A stretch of 64,000 bases of DNA from Candidatus Velthaea sp. (lineage in GTDB: Bacteria; Vulcanimicrobiota; Vulcanimicrobiia; Vulcanimicrobiales; Vulcanimicrobiaceae), in NCBI GenBank assembly GCA_965214935.1, contig CBDCCS010000018.1, positions 384,001-448,000 on the forward strand, read 5' to 3'. The notes under the pieces were generated by a model. It made no database searches and was not told the DNA's origin. It saw only the letters and a list, made by a program, of their open reading frames with translations. The position numbers were made by a program, and so were the translations under genes. This document shows, piece after piece, positions 8,549 through 17,617 of this stretch; within the stretch, counting starts at the first letter, position 1, and every line of letters starts with the position of its first letter.

Positions 8549-9727
8549 TTACGGCGCGTTCCGGGGGGCGTCGAATGCGAGCGCCGCCATCATGCGGACG
8601 CCGTTGGCCAACGCCGCTTCGTCGATATCGAAACGCGCATGGTGGTGCGGCCACGATGTATCGGGACCGCCGGCCGCGCCGAGCGTATAAAAGCACGCCG
8701 GCACCTTTTGGGCGAAAAACGAGAAGTCTTCGGCGCCCATGAGTTGGGCAACGTCGATGACCGCCTCGGCGCCGACCGTCGCTTGCGCCAGCGCACGGGC
8801 GTAGCGCGTCTGCTCGGCATCGTTGGACGTGACCGGATAGCGCCACAGGTAAGCAAAGTCGTACGTGGCTCCCGACGCATCGCAAATGCCTTTGAGCACG
8901 CGCTCGATTCGCTCCGCCATCGCGGCGCGGACCTCGGCACTGAACGCGCGGACGGTGCCGAGCAGAGTGACACGGCTCGGAATCACATTATGGGTCGTTC
9001 CGCCGTGAATCGCCCCGATCGTGACGACCGCCGGTTCGAGCGGATCGATCTGCCGTGATACGACCTGCTGGACCGCGACAATAAACTCGCCCGCGACGAA
9101 GATCGGATCGATCGACTGATGCGGAGCAGCACCGTGCCCGCCGCGGCCTTCGATGGTAATTTCGAGCGAATCGCTCGATGCATACATCGGTCCGGCGCGA
9201 AAGCCCAGTTGCCCCACCGGATACGACGACGAAAGGTGCAGCCCGTAGGCGCGCTCGATGCCGAAGCGCTCGATGATCCCTTCACGGACCATCTCGGCGC
9301 CACCACCGTGGCCCTCTTCGGCCGGTTGAAACACGAGACACACGGTACCGTTGAGCTCGGCCGAACGCCGCGCGATCAATTCGGCGGCACCCAGCAAGAT
9401 CGCAACATGACCGTCGTGCCCGCAGGCATGCATCGTCCGGGCGGTCGTCGAGCGGTACTCGGCGCTGTTTTCCTCGTCGATCGGCAGTGCATCCATGTCG
9501 GCGCGCAACATGACGGTTTTGCCGCCCGGTGCTCCGTGCATCACGCCGACCACGCCGGTCTTTGCAATCCCGGTGTGCACCTCGTAGCCGAATTCGGCGA
9601 GCAGCCGTGCGACGATGCCGGCCGTCCGATGCTCTTCAAACCCGAGTTCCGGATGCCGGTGGAAGTCGCGCCGGTAGGCGACGACGCGTTCGATGAGTGA
9701 GGGCGAGACGTCGAGCGTTGCGGACAT
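8549..9727 (-). CDS. M20D amidohydrolase
   Basis: HPELGFEE, RADMDALP, MHACGHD, QPAEE, AEDF. Confidence 0.93.
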   Translation of the reverse strand: MSATLDVSPSLIERVVAYRRDFHRHPELGFEEHRTAGIVARLLAEFGYEVHTGIAKTGVVGVMHGAPGGKTVMLRADMDALPIDEENSAEYRSTTARTMHACGHDGHVAILLGAAELIARRSAELNGTVCLVFQPAEEGHGGGAEMVREGIIERFGIERAYGLHLSSSYPVGQLGFRAGPMYASSDSLEITIEGRGGHGAAPHQSIDPIFVAGEFIVAVQQVVSRQIDPLEPAVVTIGAIHGGTTHNVIPSRVTLLGTVRAFSAEVRAAMAERIERVLKGICDASGATYDFAYLWRYPVTSNDAEQTRYARALAQATVGAEAVIDVAQLMGAEDFSFFAQKVPACFYTLGAAGGPDTSWPHHHARFDIDEAALANGVRMMAALAFDAPRNAP

Positions 9728-9772
9728 GCGTCGCTGCGTTAGCCCGGTTGCCGCGAATCCCTCGGGGTCAAG

Positions 9773-10939
9773 CTACCCGGCGACGAACACCGGTTCGCGC
9801 GGGACGCTGCCCGTCGCGGCAACCTCGGCAATTAATTCGGCGATCCGGCGCGAGCTGCCCGGACGCGCAATCGACGTTTGGCGCGCGCGCATCGAAACCA
9901 GCCGTTCTTGGTTGTGCACGATCCGGGTCACCGAATTAACGACCTCGGCGGCCGTTAAGGCAACCACCCCGATTCCATTCGTCCGCACGTAATCGAGATT
10001 GCCCCGCTCTTGGCCGGGCACGAAATCATAGACCACGACGGGCACTTCGGCAATCGAGGCTTCGGCGATCGCGCCCGGTCCGGCTTTCGTGACAAGCAGG
10101 TCGGACGCGCGCATCAGCTCAGGTACGTCATTACGGAAGCCGAGAACCGTCATCGGCGTCGGCAACTGCGGAGCAAGCTCTTCAAGTTTTGCTTTGAGCG
10201 CGGCATTCCGGCCGGTAACGACCACGAGGTGGAATGGTAAGCGCGATTTCGCCAGCGCCAGCGTGGTCGGCAGTAACTTGCCGCCGCCTTCGCCGCCGGC
10301 CATCAGCAGCGCGATCGGTCCATCGATCGGCAAGCCCAGGGCTTTGCGAATCTCGGCCTTCGTTTCCGAGACGTCCTCGAACTTCGGATGAACCGGATGA
10401 CCCAGTAAACGCAGACGTTCGCGCGGTACGCCGCGTTCGAGTGCCCGTTGGAAGACTTCGGGTGCCGGAACGACGGTCATGTCGGCTTCCGGCAGGAGCC
10501 AGCCCTCATGAACGCGGCCGAGATCGGTAATGACCGTGACGAGCGGAACGTGCAATCCGGCATCGGCCCGGGCCCGCAGGGCCGCATGGTTGAGCAGCGG
10601 ATGCACCGAGACGATGACGTCCGGGCGGTACATGAGAAACGAGTCGCGCAGCCGCTCGCGATAGAGCGGCTCGCAGAAACGGACGATCGTGCGATAGCGG
10701 CGACGGCCGTTGGTGGCATGAAATAGCGCGCCGTAAATCGGGGGAGCGAAACGAAGGGCCGCGCTATAGGCGGGCCCGAGTTGTGATAAGGGGAACGTGC
10801 AATGGGTCGCGATGTCGTCGATTCGCCACTCGTAACGGGTCTCTCCGTCGATATCGTCCAGCGCGGCCCCGATCGCTTGCGATCCGCTTCGATGGCCGCC
10901 GCCCGTATCCGAGATGAGGAAGAGAACGCGTTTGGTCAT
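9773..10939 (-). CDS. MGDG synthase/UgtP-like diacylglycerol glycosyltransferase (GT28)
   Basis: SDTGGGH, IVSVHP, TVITD, TKAGPG, PGQERGN. Confidence 0.88.
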   Translation of the reverse strand: MTKRVLFLISDTGGGHRSGSQAIGAALDDIDGETRYEWRIDDIATHCTFPLSQLGPAYSAALRFAPPIYGALFHATNGRRRYRTIVRFCEPLYRERLRDSFLMYRPDVIVSVHPLLNHAALRARADAGLHVPLVTVITDLGRVHEGWLLPEADMTVVPAPEVFQRALERGVPRERLRLLGHPVHPKFEDVSETKAEIRKALGLPIDGPIALLMAGGEGGGKLLPTTLALAKSRLPFHLVVVTGRNAALKAKLEELAPQLPTPMTVLGFRNDVPELMRASDLLVTKAGPGAIAEASIAEVPVVVYDFVPGQERGNLDYVRTNGIGVVALTAAEVVNSVTRIVHNQERLVSMRARQTSIARPGSSRRIAELIAEVAATGSVPREPVFVAG

Positions 10940-10954
10940 CCGGTCTCCACGGAA

Positions 10955-11539
10955 TTAGCCGCGGCCAACACCCGTTGAGACCGCAGTCTTGCGTTTGATC
11001 GGTCGTACCGTGCTCCGACGACGCGGAGCCCGTCGCGGACTTAGCGTTCGCAACAGAATCATCATCTTACGCGCAGGCGCGTCGTAGAAGCGAAAAAGAT
11101 CGCCGAACTCGATCTCCGGGTTTCGGTGATGCCCATCATGGTCCTCGGGGAGAACGATTGCAAGCGACCGGCAGATGTTCCGCGCAAGCGTGGGAGTCTT
11201 CCAGCCGAGGTCCGTCGTATGCCGCCACCAGACGTGAAGTTGCCCGAGCACGAGACCGGTCGCGGCGCCCACGATCGAGATCCGGCAGCTCAGCAGCGCG
11301 ACGATGATGTACGGGACCGCACCTAAAAAGCCGTCGAGCATAACACCCGGGTCACGCGAGATAACGGCATGATCCCAATACGACCGCCGGCGATCGTGAT
11401 GCGTCCGCAAATGGAGCTTGCCCCAAACATGCTGCGGAACGTGATAGAAGAACGTCGATGCGAAATCACCGACCAAAAGTACGACGAGCATCGCGACGAT
11501 GAACGAGAGTATCGGCGATCCCAACACGATCGTGTTCAC
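10955..11539 (-). CDS. Fatty acid hydroxylase/sterol desaturase family membrane protein
   Basis: His boxes HVPQH, HLRTHH, HVWWRH, HDGHH; TM segments. Confidence 0.8.
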   Translation of the reverse strand: MNTIVLGSPILSFIVAMLVVLLVGDFASTFFYHVPQHVWGKLHLRTHHDRRRSYWDHAVISRDPGVMLDGFLGAVPYIIVALLSCRISIVGAATGLVLGQLHVWWRHTTDLGWKTPTLARNICRSLAIVLPEDHDGHHRNPEIEFGDLFRFYDAPARKMMILLRTLSPRRAPRRRSTVRPIKRKTAVSTGVGRG

Positions 11540-11581
11540 GTTATTCTAAAATTACTTTCATAAAAAGAGGCTGACGCCGAC

Positions 11582-12229
11582 TTGTTTTCGAGAAGTAGAA
11601 AACCTCTCATCGTTGCTGCATTTACTCTCTCATTTACCTTGGCATGTTGTCCGCTTACGGCGCGTATCGACGGCCTGCGCGATGCAGCATTGAGTTGGCA
11701 TATACCCGCGAGCGTGCGATCTATTCGCGGGATCCGGCTGTTGATCGACGGTCCGCGCGGGAGCGGACCAATCGTCGCCATCGTGCGCTCCATCGTGCGC
11801 GCTAACCCGCGCATTAGTGCGTTGGATGCACTTCGCTTAGCCGTTACGGCCGATCGCGCCGCAAAACGCAACGGTATCGATCCGCAATTCGCCGCTGCAA
11901 CGTTGTTGCAAGAGTCGGCTTTCGATCCCAATGCGGTGTCGAGTGCCGGAGCGTACGGCATCGGGCAGTTCACCGCGGCCACCGCTCGAATCAATGCAAT
12001 CGATCCGTTCTGCGCGCCGGCCGCCGTTAACGGCGCGATCCGCGTGTTAGCCGCTTACCGCATGCGCTACGCGCATGCCGGCGGCGATCCGTACACGTTG
12101 GCGCTCGCGGCATATAACGCCGGGCCGGGGGCGGTGGCCTATTATCACGGCGTTCCGCCCTATGCCGAAACGCTCGCGTATATCACCGATATTCACGAAC
12201 GCTGGGCACGGCTTTTGGCGGAGCGTTAA
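11582..12229 (+). CDS. Lytic transglycosylase (SLT domain)
   Basis: QESAFDPNAVSSAGAYGIGQ, ALAAYNAG, PPYAET; start uncertain. Confidence 0.85.
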   Translation: MFSRSRKPLIVAAFTLSFTLACCPLTARIDGLRDAALSWHIPASVRSIRGIRLLIDGPRGSGPIVAIVRSIVRANPRISALDALRLAVTADRAAKRNGIDPQFAAATLLQESAFDPNAVSSAGAYGIGQFTAATARINAIDPFCAPAAVNGAIRVLAAYRMRYAHAGGDPYTLALAAYNAGPGAVAYYHGVPPYAETLAYITDIHERWARLLAER

Positions 12230-12233
12230 GCGG

Positions 12234-12908
12234 CTACTTAAAGCGCTTGACTAAAAACGATTGAACGCGATCCCATGCATCGGCAATCTCGCGCGATGCG
12301 ATCGTATCGGAACTCTCGCGAAAGAACGAGTGACCGACGTTGGCATAAATCTGAATGTCCGCCGTCTTGCCGGCGGCTTCGAGCCGTTGCCGGATGCGTT
12401 CGATGTCCGCCTCGGTTATCTGCTCGTCGCGACCGCCGAAGACGAGCAGTAGCGGCGTGCGAATTTCTTCGGCATGCCGGATCGGCGGATCGCCGCCGTC
12501 TGGCAGGCTTTTATTGATGGATTGACCGTAAAACGCGATCGCGCTGGAAAAGCCGGGCAACGTCGATGCCATGAACGCGACCGAACCACCGATACCGAAA
12601 CCCCACATTGCGATCTTCCCGTGCGCGACGTACGGTTGATCGTTGAGCCAATCGCGCGTCGCGGCAATATCACCCGCGATCGACGCGGTTTTGAATCCTT
12701 CGTTGACCGGCCGGCCGCGTAGGTAATCGATCGCGCAACCGACGAAGCCGGCGCTTGCAACGAGGTCGGTCATGCGACGCATCTCGTCATCGAAACCGTA
12801 GACGCCTTCGAGCACGATGACGGCCGGATGCACGCCGGATTGCGGACGTGCGACGTACGCCGGCATCTTGCCCTCCGGTGCTGTGATCGTCAGATCGCTT
12901 TTGATCAT
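12234..12908 (-). CDS. Dienelactone hydrolase family protein lacking the nucleophile Cys
   Basis: DLH-family sequence; WGFGIGG in place of GFCxGG; Asp and His retained. Confidence 0.82.
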   Translation of the reverse strand: MIKSDLTITAPEGKMPAYVARPQSGVHPAVIVLEGVYGFDDEMRRMTDLVASAGFVGCAIDYLRGRPVNEGFKTASIAGDIAATRDWLNDQPYVAHGKIAMWGFGIGGSVAFMASTLPGFSSAIAFYGQSINKSLPDGGDPPIRHAEEIRTPLLLVFGGRDEQITEADIERIRQRLEAAGKTADIQIYANVGHSFFRESSDTIASREIADAWDRVQSFLVKRFK

Positions 12909-12920
12909 CGTTATCGTCTC

Positions 12921-13655
12921 CTACGCCAGATGCTGCTTGAAAAACGCTTGAACGAGATCCCACGCATCGGAAACGTCTTGACTCGACTCGAGCGCATCGG
13001 ATGAATCGCGGAAAAATGCGTGCCCTTCGTCGGGATACACTTGAAGCCGAAACTTTTTGTGCGCATCGGTGAGGGCTTTTGCAATCCGGCCGACGGCTTC
13101 GGCGGGGATGTAGTCGTCTTTACCGCCGAACGCCAGCAGCACCGGAGTGCGCACGTCATTCACATCGGCCAGCCCTTCGGGTTCACCGCTCGGAAATGCA
13201 GCTGCGATGCTGCCGCCGTAAAAGCACACGGCGGCCGATAAGCCGGGCATCGTTGAACTGATGAAAGCGACCGATCCGCCGAAGCAAAAGCCCCACGTCG
13301 CGATGCGATTGAACGTAACGAAGTCTTGTGCGTTCAAATAGTCCATTGCCGCGGAAATGTCGGCCTTCATGCTCGCACGCGTGACTTTTCCCGCCGCTGC
13401 GAAGCCTTTCTGCAACCCCTCCTGGGTATATGGTTCGTTGAGATCGGGATCGGTGCGATGATAATAATTGATGGCGAGTGCGACGAAGCCGGCTCCGGCC
13501 AGCAAATCGGAGATGCGTTTGACCTCCGTATTGACACCGAAAATTTCCTGTAACACGATGACGGCCGGACGTGCTCCGTCCTCTTCGTCCGGACGAGCCA
13601 GATACGACGGCATGGAACTTCCGCCGACATCGATGGAGACCGATTGAGAGAGCAA
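12921..13655 (-). CDS. Dienelactone hydrolase
   Basis: QEIFGVN, WGFCFGG, GGKDD, GHAF; AGGAGG SD before a TTG start. Confidence 0.9.
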   Translation of the reverse strand: MLSQSVSIDVGGSSMPSYLARPDEEDGARPAVIVLQEIFGVNTEVKRISDLLAGAGFVALAINYYHRTDPDLNEPYTQEGLQKGFAAAGKVTRASMKADISAAMDYLNAQDFVTFNRIATWGFCFGGSVAFISSTMPGLSAAVCFYGGSIAAAFPSGEPEGLADVNDVRTPVLLAFGGKDDYIPAEAVGRIAKALTDAHKKFRLQVYPDEGHAFFRDSSDALESSQDVSDAWDLVQAFFKQHLA

Positions 13656-13702
13656 ACTAATCCTCCTGGTAACACGCAAGAGCGGCGTGGCCGGCACCGC
13701 GC

Positions 13703-14707
13703 ATGACTTCGACGACGCGGACCGGATTATCCGAACGCTTCGCGCTCGCGCGTGAAGCGCATCCCAAGCGCGTTGCAACATTTGCCGACGACGTGCGGGA
13801 CGGTTTGGGAACGCGACCGTACGCGCTTTCCCCAAAATACTTCTACGACGATTTAGGATCGGCACTTTTCGAGGCAATTTGCCGATTACCGGAATATTAT
13901 CTCACCCGGATCGAGCGCGACTTACTCGCAACCTACGGGCCGGCAATCGTCGCGGCATGCGGCGGGCCGCTCGAACTTCTTGAACTCGGCTCGGGCAGCG
14001 CGCTCAAGACCGAAATAATTATCGAAGCGATCCTGGCTTCACAGCGGCAATTAACGTTTCACCCGATCGACATCTCGGCCGACGCACTTATTACATCGTC
14101 GCTCGGTCTGCTCGCGGCACACGAACGGCTGCGAATCAGCGCGCATGCCGGTGATTATTTCACCTTGCTGCAGGCCGGCCGGCTTGGGACGACGGGTCCG
14201 GTGCTGGCGTTATACCTCGGTTCGAACATCGGTAATTTTGCACCGGCCGAGGCGCAGTTGCTGCTCGAACTGCTCGCTCGTGCACTTGAACCCGGAGCAC
14301 ATCTACTCATCGGTTACGATCTTAAAAAAGACGCTTCGATCTTGGAGGCCGCCTATAACGATCCGGCCGGAGTGACGGCGGCGTTCAACAAGAATTTGCT
14401 CGGACGCATGAATCGCGAGCTAGGCGCCGGGTTCGATCTCGATGCCTTCGAGTTCCGCGCGATCTACGATCATGCGCGCGGCGCAATCGATTCGTACTTA
14501 GTGAGCGACCGGCGACAAACCGTTCGCATTGCCGGAGCCGCTATCGACGTCCGGTTTTCGGTCGGTGAAACCATCCATACCGAATCGTCGTACAAATTTA
14601 ATCGCGAGGACATCGTCGCCTTGGCTGCGCGTTGCGGCTTTCGCGAACGGACGACGTATACCGACGCGGGCGCGCGTTACGCCCTGACGTTACTGACTGT
14701 GGGTTAG
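13703..14707 (+). CDS. egtD: L-histidine N-alpha-methyltransferase (ergothioneine pathway)
   Basis: PKYFYD..GS.LFE.IC.LPEYYLTR, ELGSGS, GSNIGN, AYND..GVTAAFN, IHTE.SYK. Confidence 0.88.
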   Translation: MTSTTRTGLSERFALAREAHPKRVATFADDVRDGLGTRPYALSPKYFYDDLGSALFEAICRLPEYYLTRIERDLLATYGPAIVAACGGPLELLELGSGSALKTEIIIEAILASQRQLTFHPIDISADALITSSLGLLAAHERLRISAHAGDYFTLLQAGRLGTTGPVLALYLGSNIGNFAPAEAQLLLELLARALEPGAHLLIGYDLKKDASILEAAYNDPAGVTAAFNKNLLGRMNRELGAGFDLDAFEFRAIYDHARGAIDSYLVSDRRQTVRIAGAAIDVRFSVGETIHTESSYKFNREDIVALAARCGFRERTTYTDAGARYALTLLTVG

Positions 14708-14719
14708 CGTCGCGGTTCC

Positions 14720-15331
14720 TTAGCGCCGCACGAGCAGCTCGGCGCGGCGCAGCAGCACATCGGCCACGATTGCAAGCACGGCCGCCGCGATACTGCCGGC
14801 AATGATCTTTTGCGGATAATCCTGGTGGATGCCGTCAAAAAGCAAGTCGCCGAGACCTCCGGCATGAATGTACGAAGCGACCGTTGCGACGGCGATGAGC
14901 GATACGGTTGCAATCCGGATACCGCCGACGATCGCGGGCAAGGCTTGCGGCAGTTCGATCCGCAGCAAGCGCTGCAGCGGCGAGAATCCCAGCCCCGTCG
15001 CAGCTTCGAGTTGCGCGCGATCGATGCCGCGCAATCCCGTGGCGATGTTGCGAACCAGGATCATCTGGGCGTATGCGACCAGCGCAACGATTGCCGAGAA
15101 CGTTCCTAAGCCGAAGAGCCGCACGAGGAACGCGAGTAGCGCTAAACTCGGAATCGTATAGATGATGCCCAGCGTCGCGAGCGTCGCGGCCCCCAGGCGC
15201 TTGTCACGAGCGACCACGACGCCGAGCGGCAATGCCAGCACGAGCGCGATCGCGAGGGACCCGAACGTCAACACGAGATGCTGTCCGGTCAGCGCCGCGA
15301 TCTCAGCCGGATGCCGGTACAGATAGGTCAC
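14720..15331 (-). CDS. Osmoprotectant (betaine-type) ABC transporter permease
   Basis: TIPSLALL, EAA loop, ELPQALP, GGLG. Confidence 0.88.
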   Translation of the reverse strand: MTYLYRHPAEIAALTGQHLVLTFGSLAIALVLALPLGVVVARDKRLGAATLATLGIIYTIPSLALLAFLVRLFGLGTFSAIVALVAYAQMILVRNIATGLRGIDRAQLEAATGLGFSPLQRLLRIELPQALPAIVGGIRIATVSLIAVATVASYIHAGGLGDLLFDGIHQDYPQKIIAGSIAAAVLAIVADVLLRRAELLVRR

Positions 15332-16131
15332 GCCGAATCCCGTTCGAGCAGCGGTCGCGCCTCGGCAAAGCGCCGTCCGGCCGCATCGATGCCGACTAGG
15401 CCGCGCACGATCGCATTCGCCGGCGCCGCTAGAATCTGCGCCGGCACATCGTTTTGTACGATCGTGCCGCCGTTCATGACGACGATCCGGTCGGCAATAC
15501 GCAGCGCCTCATCGACGTCATGGGTAACAAAGACGATCGTCGTTCCGAGTTGGCGGTGAATGGCTCGAATCTCGTCTTGCAGCGACGTGCGCACGATCGC
15601 GTCGACCGCTCCGAACGGCTCGTCCATCAACAGCAATCGCGGTTCGGCGGCCAAGGCCCGCGCAACGCCGGCGCGCTGTTGTTCGCCGCCGGAAAGTTCG
15701 CGCGGCAGGCGCCCGCGATACTTTGCCGGGTCGAGCCGTACGAGCCTGAGCAATTCGTCGACGCGCGCCGCGCTACGCGCTTTGTCCCACCCGAGCAGCA
15801 TCGGCACGACGCCGACGTTGGCGGCGATCGTTAAATGCGGAAACAGGCCGACCGCCTGGATGACGTAGCCGATGCCGCGCCGGAGCGCGACGGCATCGAG
15901 CGCTTTGACGTCGGCGCCGTCGATAGCAACGCTTCCCGACGTCGGCTCGATGAGCCGGTTGATGGTTCGCAACAGCGTACTTTTTCCGCAACCCGATGGG
16001 CCGAGAAAGACGGTAAGTTCGCCGGCGGCGACGTCGAGGTCGACGTCGTGCACGGCCGGCGCGGCAGTGCCCGGATAGTGCACGCCGACACCGCGCAAGC
16101 GCAGTGCGGCGCCGCGCTCAGCCGAGACCAT
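15328..16131 (-). CDS. Osmoprotectant ABC transporter ATP-binding subunit
   Basis: GPSGCGKS, LSGGEQQR, LLMDEPF, FVTHD. Confidence 0.92.
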   Translation of the reverse strand: MVSAERGAALRLRGVGVHYPGTAAPAVHDVDLDVAAGELTVFLGPSGCGKSTLLRTINRLIEPTSGSVAIDGADVKALDAVALRRGIGYVIQAVGLFPHLTIAANVGVVPMLLGWDKARSAARVDELLRLVRLDPAKYRGRLPRELSGGEQQRAGVARALAAEPRLLLMDEPFGAVDAIVRTSLQDEIRAIHRQLGTTIVFVTHDVDEALRIADRIVVMNGGTIVQNDVPAQILAAPANAIVRGLVGIDAAGRRFAEARPLLERDSA

Positions 16132-17005
16132 GAGCTTTGACGAAGTCGCGAGCGACGTCGCTTGCTTCAAGTTTTTGCGTCCCGGCAACCCGATCGTTGA
16201 GCGTGCGCATGACGCCGTCGGTAAGCAGCGGCGCGATCCGGTTGAGATACGTTGCGATCTGCGGATAGCTGCGCAGAGCCTGATCGCGCACGACCGGCGC
16301 GACGTTATAGGCCGGCCAAAAGTGCTTGTCGTCGGTAAAAACGAGCAAATGCTCGCCCATGATCTCGCCGTCCGTGCCGAAAGCGACGACGACATCGACA
16401 TCACCGATCGCCAGCGCCTTGTATTTGAGTCCGATGTCGATCAGGCGCGTTTCTTTGAAAGCAAAGCCGCCGTACGCGTGCCGTAAACCGGGTAAGCCGT
16501 CGCTGCGTTTGAGAAACTCGGGGATCGCACCCAAGCGTAATTGCGGCGCTGCGCGGGCAAGATCGCTTAGCGTCCGCAGGTGATATTTCGCGCCGATCGC
16601 CGGGGTCGTTGCCAGCGCCTGTGTGTTGTTGGCGGGTGCCGGATCGAGCCAGGTCAACCCGTATTGTGTTTGATACGCTGCTTTGACGACGGCATAGATG
16701 CGCTTGCCGTCCGCGATCGGCGGGCGCTTGAGTTGCGTCAGGAGCGCGGTGCCGGTGTACTCGGGGTAGAGGTCGATCTCGGCGCGTCGCAGAGCTTCCA
16801 TCGCGATATCCGTACCGCCGAGATTGAGTTTGCGCGCCACGCGTAAGCCGTTGCCTTCGAGGGTCTGCGCGTAGATTTCGCCCAAGATCAGTTCTTCGGT
16901 GAAGTTCTTTGCGCCGACGGAAACTTGAGCGGGCGCTGAGCTGCACGCGGGCACCGTCATTGCCGCCGCGATAAGAGCGATAGCGTCGGCGCGAACGAGT
17001 CCCAT
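16118..17005 (-). CDS. Glycine betaine/OsmF/OpuBC-type ABC substrate-binding protein
   Basis: KNFTE, YPEYTGT, NNT, EF..R.DG, TDG, P.YN.APVVR. Confidence 0.88.
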   Translation of the reverse strand: MGLVRADAIALIAAAMTVPACSSAPAQVSVGAKNFTEELILGEIYAQTLEGNGLRVARKLNLGGTDIAMEALRRAEIDLYPEYTGTALLTQLKRPPIADGKRIYAVVKAAYQTQYGLTWLDPAPANNTQALATTPAIGAKYHLRTLSDLARAAPQLRLGAIPEFLKRSDGLPGLRHAYGGFAFKETRLIDIGLKYKALAIGDVDVVVAFGTDGEIMGEHLLVFTDDKHFWPAYNVAPVVRDQALRSYPQIATYLNRIAPLLTDGVMRTLNDRVAGTQKLEASDVARDFVKAHGLG

Positions 17006-17006
17006 G

Positions 17007-17600
17007 CTAGACCGCAAGCCGGCGCGCAACACCGCCGACTGCGCCGTCGACGATAAGTGCAAGTAGTGCGACCGACGTTGCGCCGAGCAGCACTTCGTTT
17101 CCGTCGTTGGTCGCTAAGCCGTCGATGATGTAATCTCCCAAGCCGCTGCCGCCGATGAACGAGGCTAAGGTGGCGCTCGCAACAACTTCGACTGCTGCAG
17201 TGCGAATGCCTGAGAAGACGACCGGCAGCGCGAGCGGCCACGCGATCCGGCGCCGGATTTGCGCCGCCGTCATTCCCATTCCGCGGGCTGCATCGATGAG
17301 CGCCGGCGAGATCGAGCGCAGCCCGGTATCGGTATTGATCGCGATCGGCGGAACCGCAAGCACGACGAGTGCGAGCAGTGCCGGCCGAAAGCCGAGGCCC
17401 AAGTACGGCAACGCGAGCGTCAACACCGCTAAACTCGGTATGACGCGCAGTATGCTGATTGCACTAAATGCCAGCGTATGCGGCACCGGCCGCTCGACGA
17501 GTGCCGCGGCGAGCGGAATTGCAATTGCAACGGCGATGAGCAGCGCGGAACCCGCAAGTGCAACGTGCGCCGCAACGTGAGCGATGAAGTCGGCCGTCAT
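17007..17600 (-). CDS. Osmoprotectant ABC transporter permease
   Basis: IPSLAVL, DAARGMGMT, PLALP, GLG. Confidence 0.88.
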   Translation of the reverse strand: MTADFIAHVAAHVALAGSALLIAVAIAIPLAAALVERPVPHTLAFSAISILRVIPSLAVLTLALPYLGLGFRPALLALVVLAVPPIAINTDTGLRSISPALIDAARGMGMTAAQIRRRIAWPLALPVVFSGIRTAAVEVVASATLASFIGGSGLGDYIIDGLATNDGNEVLLGATSVALLALIVDGAVGGVARRLAV

Positions 17601-17617
17601 TCGGCGAATGCACCCAT

